Shown here: one piece after another, positions 58,549 to 64,000 of the stretch | How positions within the stretch are numbered: position 1 is the first letter of the stretch | How the letters are laid out: each line of letters opens with the position of its first letter | Virus record (IMG/VR): IMGVR_UViG_3300028364_000014 | Span: 1-64,000 of that record | DNA length: 64,000 nucleotides | Reading direction: 5' to 3' (one strand) | Program-made: the position numbers and the translations under genes | The notes under the pieces: generated by a model | Seen by the model: only the letters and a program-made list of their open reading frames with translations | Told to the model about the DNA's origin: nothing | Database searches by the model: none

Positions 58549-58702
58549 TTCTGACGAGTTAGATACTAAAGGTCTTCAGTACTAAAGGTCTTCAGTACTA
58601 ATAGTTTAAGTACTAATAGTTTAAGTACTAATAGTTTAAGTACTAAAGGTCTTCAGTATTGATAGTTTAAGTACTAAAGGTCTTCAGTACTGATGAGTTA
58701 GA
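58549..58702. repeat. Mixed 15/16-bp tandem repeat array at the strand switch
   Basis: A=TACTAAAGGTCTTCAG, B=TACTAATAGTTTAAG, C=T(A/T)CTGA(T/C)GAGTTAGA in the order C A A B B B A B' A C. Confidence 0.9.
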
Positions 58703-58997
58703 TACTATGTAGTTACTGCCTATATAGTAGTTAGTTTAATATAGCCTAAAGGTACTACTATCGTGGTCTAATACAATTTTAGAACCCCCAAAATAAGTGG
58801 GACAGGGACACTGTAGTATGATAGAGTATTATTGCATACATACAATACATTATAGGCCCCTTACTTCTTATTTAGTAGAGTGCCTTTATGCGATGACAGC
58901 TCTATGATAAACATACCAGCCGGGTGAGTCGGTTTGATATGAGATCAAGTTTGATCCCCCCCCCTCCCCCTGGGAGGCAACTACAAAGGAGATTATT

Positions 58998-59231
58998 ATG
59001 ACTACCACACAAAAGACTTATGAGCAAGTAATCGAGACTAAGGAATCTTATATTGATGTATATCAGCCAGTTGCAGGTTGGAAACCTCAACTAATGGTTT
59101 GGATGGAAGAGGATGGCATGACTGGATTTGTATGTCTCAACACAAGCTACTTCGCATATGAAACAAGGGAGAAGGCTGTTGTTGAGGCTAAGCAGTGGGC
59201 TGAGGATGAGGATATAGCCTATGTAGAATAA
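58998..59231 (+). CDS. Early-region hypothetical protein (77 aa, acidic)
   Basis: AAGGAG RBS. Confidence 0.7.
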   Translation: MTTTQKTYEQVIETKESYIDVYQPVAGWKPQLMVWMEEDGMTGFVCLNTSYFAYETREKAVVEAKQWAEDEDIAYVE

Positions 59232-59234
59232 ACA

Positions 59235-59300
59235 ATCCGAAACGGGACTATACATCCCGTCTACAGCCTTAAGCAAGCTGTACTGATGAAGGTAGCTTAA
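59235..59300 (+). ncRNA. Hammerhead ribozyme (type II-like, open stem II)
   Basis: GAAAC-GGGA/UCCC-GUC stem III, UACAGC/GCUGUA stem I, CUGAUGA core; 2-bp stem II after an extra A; loop I UUAAGC can pair with the 3' GCUUAA. Confidence 0.75.
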
Positions 59301-59327
59301 TTAATATATAACTTAAGGAGACTTATC

Positions 59328-59516
59328 ATGACTAATTCAATCAACATTACTGACGCACCAAAATGTAAAACATTTGAAATGAATGGTAATACTTGTGAAG
59401 GTTGTTTGGTTGACCCTTGTCCTTGTGGAACCGATGACGCTAATTCACTTGAATACATCGATCATGTTGGATATTGTATAATTAACAAAAATAACGAAAT
59501 TGTGGAGGTGATGTAA
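59328..59516 (+). CDS. Cys-rich small protein (62 aa)
   Basis: AAGGAG RBS. Confidence 0.65.
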   Translation: MTNSINITDAPKCKTFEMNGNTCEGCLVDPCPCGTDDANSLEYIDHVGYCIINKNNEIVEVM

Positions 59517-59662
59517 TGATAAAGTTTATTAAACCTTTAGTAATGTTTACCACATCATTCAGCGCAGTATGGTACGCAGCATTCATTCTTGACCCAGACT
59601 TTGTTAAGTTTGTCTGGGAAGCAGTCAAATACACTACCCAGCATTGGCTGTGGATAGTGTAG
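59516..59662 (+). CDS. Small hydrophobic protein (48 aa), not in the ORF track
   Basis: GGAGG RBS; MIKFIKPLVMFTTSFSAVWYAAFILDPDFVKFVWEAVKYTTQHWLWIV. Confidence 0.55.
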   Translation: MIKFIKPLVMFTTSFSAVWYAAFILDPDFVKFVWEAVKYTTQHWLWIV

Positions 59663-59705
59663 ATTTTAACTCTTTCGTCTTGGGCAGGACGTTAACTTAC
59701 CCATC

Positions 59706-59773
59706 ACTCGTCTGAGCGAGTATAAACAGTCCTTAGGCTCAGAGCGTCGTCCCACTTCGGTGGGGCGGGTGGC
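59706..59773 (+). ncRNA. Pistol ribozyme, copy 1
   Basis: P1 ACUCG/CGAGU, loop UCUGAG pairing with CUCAGA (pseudoknot), UAAA linker, GCGU junction, P3 with UUCG loop, G-GU-GGC cleavage context. Confidence 0.85.
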
Positions 59774-59807
59774 AATAACGCCTTAATTAGTTAAATAGGA
59801 GTTTATT

Positions 59808-60095
59808 ATGAAAGTAAGAACAACTGCACTTATTATGTCGTCTATCCTCGATTCAGGACGCACCATTGATATGAGTGGGGCAAGTAACCTTCTTCAGTTT
59901 GGTAATAAAGCCAGTTACCTTGGTGGTGGGTGGTGGTACATCAGTGATAGTGGAGGAACATCATTGAAGAAAACCATTATGGCTATTAGGTCACTTACCA
60001 GGTCTGGTAAGGTGTGTGTGGAATGTGGAAAACTTCACATCTGTAATGACAAGTGTGTAAAATGCGCCAGTGCATCATCGCCTGAATACTGGTAA
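59808..60095 (+). CDS. Hypothetical protein with C-terminal zinc ribbon
   Basis: AGGAG RBS; CVECG...CVKC. Confidence 0.65.
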   Translation: MKVRTTALIMSSILDSGRTIDMSGASNLLQFGNKASYLGGGWWYISDSGGTSLKKTIMAIRSLTRSGKVCVECGKLHICNDKCVKCASASSPEYW

Positions 60096-60146
60096 TCAAC
60101 AGTCCTTTCGAATATTAAATATATAGATATTAAAAGGAGTATTACT

Positions 60147-60347
60147 ATGGAATTAAAGGAAGTGGGAAAAAGAGAACTAGCGGAACAGTACAATATTCCT
60201 GAAGAGTATTTAAGGTATATAGGACCCACTGATTGCTCAATGCTAGCTGGAGGAGGTAAACTTCATCAGTATAATATCCACCTCAAAGGACACCCGAACG
60301 ACAAATCGACGGTTGCATACAGACAAAAGGAGGTACAAAATGGTTAA
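60147..60347 (+). CDS. Hypothetical protein (66 aa)
   Basis: AAGGAG RBS. Confidence 0.65.
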   Translation: MELKEVGKRELAEQYNIPEEYLRYIGPTDCSMLAGGGKLHQYNIHLKGHPNDKSTVAYRQKEVQNG

Positions 60348-60744
60348 TGTATACGTAGACCTTGACGGCACCCTACTAGATAGCCGGCTTGATGATAAGT
60401 ACAAAGCCATCAGCACTCAGTATGGTAAGGGTTTTGCTGATGACTGGTATGAATCCACCTATTACGATACCCTTGAGCTCAATTTGGCTCTGTGGTGTCG
60501 TCTATTGGTATTAAAGGAAGAGGGTGCTTCTATTGTAGCCTGGACTAATAGACGAGAATCTAAGGCTGACATGACATTCAGTAATTTGGCTAAGCTTGGT
60601 ATTATGGATTTGTTTTCAGGATTTATGTTCTGTAACGGACAAAAACATACTATGCCACTCAGGGATGGAGTAGTATTTGAGAATGAGTTCGACAATGAGA
60701 TTGAATGTTCAGAATTTAATTTTATCCCAACATTTAAACTGTAA
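60340..60744 (+). CDS. HAD-superfamily hydrolase
   Basis: ATG at 60340 after AGGAGG; YVDLDGT motif I, AWTNR motif II. Confidence 0.75.
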   Translation: MVNVYVDLDGTLLDSRLDDKYKAISTQYGKGFADDWYESTYYDTLELNLALWCRLLVLKEEGASIVAWTNRRESKADMTFSNLAKLGIMDLFSGFMFCNGQKHTMPLRDGVVFENEFDNEIECSEFNFIPTFKL

Positions 60745-60755
60745 GGAGATTCAAG

Positions 60756-60848
60756 ATGGATAAATGGTTAGAAATTGTGTCTGGAATTGTGTGTGGGTTG
60801 CTGATTGTTGGTATGATATATATGGCAATGCTCGGAATGGCTAACTAA
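60756..60848 (+). CDS. 30-aa single-TM peptide, not in the ORF track
   Basis: AAGGAG RBS; MDKWLEIVSGIVCGLLIVGMIYMAMLGMAN. Confidence 0.55.
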   Translation: MDKWLEIVSGIVCGLLIVGMIYMAMLGMAN

Positions 60849-60860
60849 TAAGGAGGCATT

Positions 60861-61058
60861 ATGAAGGTAAGCAGATTTACTACAAAAAAGAATAACTATA
60901 GCAAGAGATACCTTGAGAAAGAGTATAGAGAGGAGTATTTGGTCGCTAAGTTATCAAAGAAATCCTCTACTCTTGCATACGATTTTAATTCTCCTACAGA
61001 AAATACAATAAACAACTGGGAAAGAACTTCAAATGGAGCAAAGATTTGGAGTTTTTAA
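60861..61058 (+). CDS. Hypothetical basic protein (65 aa)
   Basis: AAGGAGG RBS. Confidence 0.65.
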   Translation: MKVSRFTTKKNNYSKRYLEKEYREEYLVAKLSKKSSTLAYDFNSPTENTINNWERTSNGAKIWSF

Positions 61059-61094
61059 TATATTAACCTATAACTGCCCCTTACTTAGAGGGGC

Positions 61095-61156
61095 ACCACT
61101 AAAGCACCGTTGTCAGGGTTCCCAAGTCCTGGATGAGAAAACTGCTGAGGGGTGGT
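61095..61156 (+). ncRNA. Twister ribozyme candidate (P1 type)
   Basis: P1 ACCAC/GUGGU, L1 UAA opposite GAGGG, P2 AGCA/UGCU, P4 CAGG/CCUG with loop GUUCCCAAGU; T1 CCC/GGG; T2 pairing imperfect. Confidence 0.6.
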
Positions 61157-61383
61157 TACAATTATCACTATAAGGATAAATGCGTATGTTACTATTATGA
61201 TGTTCTTAATGGCCCTAAAGTGTTTTACCATCAACTACAGGTGTTGCTCCAAAATGTAGTGTAGTAGCTATCTAATACCTACGGGGCAAAATCACATCTT
61301 AGGATACCATAACTAAAAGATACGAGTGAACTTTTAAAAGCAATTCTATCTATATTTATAAATAACTAATAGGAGATTACACC

Positions 61384-62691
61384 ATGAAGACAATCACAGT
61401 TGAAAACAATCAGGTATTTATCACAAACACCATTACCAATGAGAAAGTAAAACATAACTATTCAATGAACAACCGACCACTCAGTGTTGTTGAACTGTAT
61501 ACGAGTATTGATCCTATAGATATTAGAAAATCTCGTGAAAAGAAAGAAATAACTGCATTGTGGCGAGCAGCTGGAGATGAGCTAGGGACTTCAGTAGCTA
61601 ACTTCTCCAGAATGTTAAATGGTGCGTGTTATAAAGCTTATATTAAAGACAATGAAGACCTACACAACAGGTTTGGGGTTGAGTACAAAAAAGTTGGAGG
61701 AAAAGTTAAAAGAGTCAGAACCCGTTTAGCTGTTGAAATGGTAAATACTTACTGTGAAGTAATACGACAATATATTGCTGACGGTAATACTCATTTAGCC
61801 GGATTTAGTATTCCGTTCGGTGAAGCTAGTGTAGCTAAAAAGAAATTAGGCAAAGGATTGTGGAAACAACTAAATAAGAATTCTAAAACTAAGAATGATT
61901 TAATATGTAAGATACTTAATGCGTACTCTGAACCTAAACTTGATACTACAGCTTATACAGCCATGTTGAATAATACACCATCTACAATACTCAGTATGGT
62001 AGACAGTGCCAATACATTGCTGGCTTTCTTTAATACGGAAAGTTCAACAGGGATGAAGGATACTGTTAAAAAGTCAATTCAGCACATAGGACTTCCTATG
62101 TACAAATTAGATTATGAAAGACTGCAACGTGTTATTGTATTGATTCGTGATACACACCGTATGCATCAAAACTTTAACCCTAATTGGTCTTTAACTAGAA
62201 TTAAAGAAGAACATCAAATAACAATAAACGAGCAGTTTGCCTTAAGACACTCTAAAGAGAGGTTTAGTTGGTTAAACCTCATTACTCAGTACTTTGAGGC
62301 TAATGGTAATAAAGCTGAACTCATGTGCTCAGCATATGATATAGCTATACTAGGTAAGGACCAAGGACATTACGTAGGTAATTATGCACGTTTCAGTAAA
62401 GATGCTAACTACGTTGTATATAGAATTACTGACTGTGAGGGAACGATCTCTACATTAGGGATTAGGCACCCAGATGAAACAAATCACTTATGTGATCAAC
62501 ACTACCTGAGATTTAATTATATAGTAGCTAATGAAGCTTGTTTATCCTTTGCAGCTAAAATTACCAGACAAGTAAAAAAGGAATTAGAGTTGATTGATAT
62601 ATCCAAAAAACAGGAACCTTTAAAACCTATCACACAAGCTATCGATTTTCCTCAAATTGAAGCTGATGATCCAGAAGACACCCCATTCTAG
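61384..62691 (+). CDS. PcfJ-like domain protein (435 aa)
   Basis: C-terminal WSLTRIKEEH...LGKDQGHYVGNYA...VVYRI..TLGI resembles the PcfJ HCVGxY region (Cys replaced by Tyr). Confidence 0.55.
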   Translation: MKTITVENNQVFITNTITNEKVKHNYSMNNRPLSVVELYTSIDPIDIRKSREKKEITALWRAAGDELGTSVANFSRMLNGACYKAYIKDNEDLHNRFGVEYKKVGGKVKRVRTRLAVEMVNTYCEVIRQYIADGNTHLAGFSIPFGEASVAKKKLGKGLWKQLNKNSKTKNDLICKILNAYSEPKLDTTAYTAMLNNTPSTILSMVDSANTLLAFFNTESSTGMKDTVKKSIQHIGLPMYKLDYERLQRVIVLIRDTHRMHQNFNPNWSLTRIKEEHQITINEQFALRHSKERFSWLNLITQYFEANGNKAELMCSAYDIAILGKDQGHYVGNYARFSKDANYVVYRITDCEGTISTLGIRHPDETNHLCDQHYLRFNYIVANEACLSFAAKITRQVKKELELIDISKKQEPLKPITQAIDFPQIEADDPEDTPF

Positions 62692-62697
62692 TCAATT

Positions 62698-62763
62698 ATC
62701 TGTTTGAGCAGGTACACAGGCCTTAAGCTCAAAGCGTCGCCTCACTTCGGTGGGGCGGGTGGC
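62698..62763 (+). ncRNA. Pistol ribozyme, copy 2
   Basis: P1 AUCUG/CAGGU, loop UUUGAG pairing with CUCAAA (compensatory change relative to copy 1), GCGU, P3 with UUCG, P2 GCC/GGC; linker UACAC instead of UAAAC. Confidence 0.8.
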
Positions 62764-62814
62764 AAAATGGACATTCCGTCCACAATTAAACCGTAATACA
62801 TAGGAGATTACACC

Positions 62815-63420
62815 ATGACTAACATTATCAAAAAGAATGCTAAAGTACTTAACAATCGTGAACTTATAACTGGAATGGGCGCTAATGGTATTGTGCCCTC
62901 TCTTAACAACAAAGGCACACTTATTTTTACTCATTGCCCTATGTGCGAAGCAGAGCTCCTTGCAGATAACCCTGGTTATACTAAAGCTATTCTTAGTAAT
63001 AAACCTTGGTATCAAGCTACGCCAGCTATTGTGTTCAAAATGCCTAATGGCTCTACTCTCAAGGCGTGCTGTTGTGGTTATAGAGAGCTAGTAATTATTA
63101 CACCTAAACCTAGGTGCTCTAACTGCGGTAGTGTTCTTAAGAACGAAGGGGACAGGTGCTATGGTCCTAACTGCCAGCCTCCTACACAACAGGAGCTGGA
63201 CTCCATTGCGACCGAGAAAAAGCAAGCTCAGGAGATAAAGGCTGCTGAATTGAAAGCCAAACAAGAGGCTAAGCAAAAAGCCACTAAACCTCCTGTCAAA
63301 CAGTGCGTAACTCCTGGATGTACAAACCCAGTGCCTGAGAGTCGTTTTGTTAGATGCGAGGCATGTCGTGCAACACGAAGAACCCCAAAGGAGGAGGCTT
63401 GTACTGAAGTTCAGATGTAA
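62815..63420 (+). CDS. Multi-zinc-finger protein (201 aa)
   Basis: AGGAG RBS; CPMC, CCC, CSNC..C...C, CVTPGC..CEAC. Confidence 0.65.
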   Translation: MTNIIKKNAKVLNNRELITGMGANGIVPSLNNKGTLIFTHCPMCEAELLADNPGYTKAILSNKPWYQATPAIVFKMPNGSTLKACCCGYRELVIITPKPRCSNCGSVLKNEGDRCYGPNCQPPTQQELDSIATEKKQAQEIKAAELKAKQEAKQKATKPPVKQCVTPGCTNPVPESRFVRCEACRATRRTPKEEACTEVQM

Positions 63421-63589
63421 TCTGCTGGCTACCGAAGATGAACTCATCTATCTCATGATAGATGGACTAACCTATATCTACTGCCTTGATAAAGCTAAGC
63501 ATCCATACTTCATTAAAACATTGAAGTATAAACCAGGCAAAGCTATTAACTATATCAAAGCAGAAGCCTATTGGACAGAGATGGGTTAA
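63347..63589 (+). CDS. Hypothetical small protein (start uncertain)
   Basis: Track ORF overlapping the previous gene; probable start downstream (ATG 63455). Confidence 0.4.
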   Translation: MLDARHVVQHEEPQRRRLVLKFRCNLLATEDELIYLMIDGLTYIYCLDKAKHPYFIKTLKYKPGKAINYIKAEAYWTEMG

Positions 63590-63641
63590 ATTAAACCTGG
63601 GCACCTGAGTAATTAAGGTGTCCAAATTAAGGAGAATTATC

Positions 63642-63980
63642 ATGCAAAAAGCACTAAAAACTGTTAAACGAGCTACCTATGCACAAAAACGACAAGAGGC
63701 TTTTGATATGTTGAACAACACATATGAGGAAGAAGGTGTTCTTCTGTGCAGTGGGGAATTTAAAATCAATTCTCTGATGGCTATGATGATGGCAAGATCT
63801 GCTTTTAAAGAGACTTATGGAGCACTCGCCCCAAGGTACTTCAACATACCGGCTGACGAGCTTCCAGGAACTGAAGTACACCCAGGTGTATATATTTCAC
63901 GAGATGAGAATTCTCATTATTCTTTGGAGTACGAAGACGGTTTCCAAATGGAGGAATTTATTCAACAATGGGTATGTTAA
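63642..63980 (+). CDS. Hypothetical protein (112 aa)
   Basis: AAGGAG RBS before ATG 63642. Confidence 0.65.
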   Translation: MQKALKTVKRATYAQKRQEAFDMLNNTYEEEGVLLCSGEFKINSLMAMMMARSAFKETYGALAPRYFNIPADELPGTEVHPGVYISRDENSHYSLEYEDGFQMEEFIQQWVC

Positions 63981-64000
63981 ATAAATAAACAAGGGGCTCT

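Noticed and set aside
58549-58702. CRISPR array interpretation of the tandem repeats
   Set aside because: Units are 15-16 bp and abut directly with no unique spacers; no cas genes nearby
63600-63625. Hairpin GGGCACCU/AGGUGUCC before the last gene, as a fifth ribozyme
   Set aside because: Simple stem-loop without any ribozyme core motif I can recognise
1-64000. tRNA/rRNA genes and stop-codon reassignment
   Set aside because: I noticed no cloverleaf or T-arm pattern by eye (tRNAscan not run). Long genes are intact under the standard code, and TAA, TAG and TGA all terminate ORFs.

Overview
AT-rich 64-kb segment of a large tailed dsDNA phage (Caudoviricetes; host not inferable). Positions 1-58472 are almost entirely minus-strand. 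Read against the coordinates, they carry accessory, nucleotide-metabolism and host-modulation genes (metacaspase, Pth2, PIN-PhoH, ClpP, actin-like ATPase, M15 endolysin, cold-shock protein, dNMP kinase, HD hydrolase) and then a full morphogenesis module (TerS?, intein-containing TerL, portal, prohead protease, scaffold, decoration, MCP, neck, tail tube, chaperones). The module ends in a >3307-aa ORF that runs off the window edge. That ORF sits at the tape-measure position yet contains, in one frame, the beta-like and beta-prime-like catalytic motifs of a two-barrel RNA polymerase (FED, GRKFTTRYGMKG, RYP, LDFDGDQIEVH, trigger-loop-like QKGMDVKHAG), so it is probably a virion-delivered RNAP fused to the tape measure. 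The tail tube gene is split by a group I intron encoding a LAGLIDADG endonuclease. About a dozen free-standing homing endonuclease genes and an IscB/omegaRNA element are scattered through the window. After a short tandem-repeat array at about 58.55-58.70 kb the coding strand switches to plus. This early-like region of small genes is punctuated by four candidate self-cleaving ribozymes of three classes (one hammerhead, two pistol, one twister). All calls are by manual motif reading; no database searches were run.
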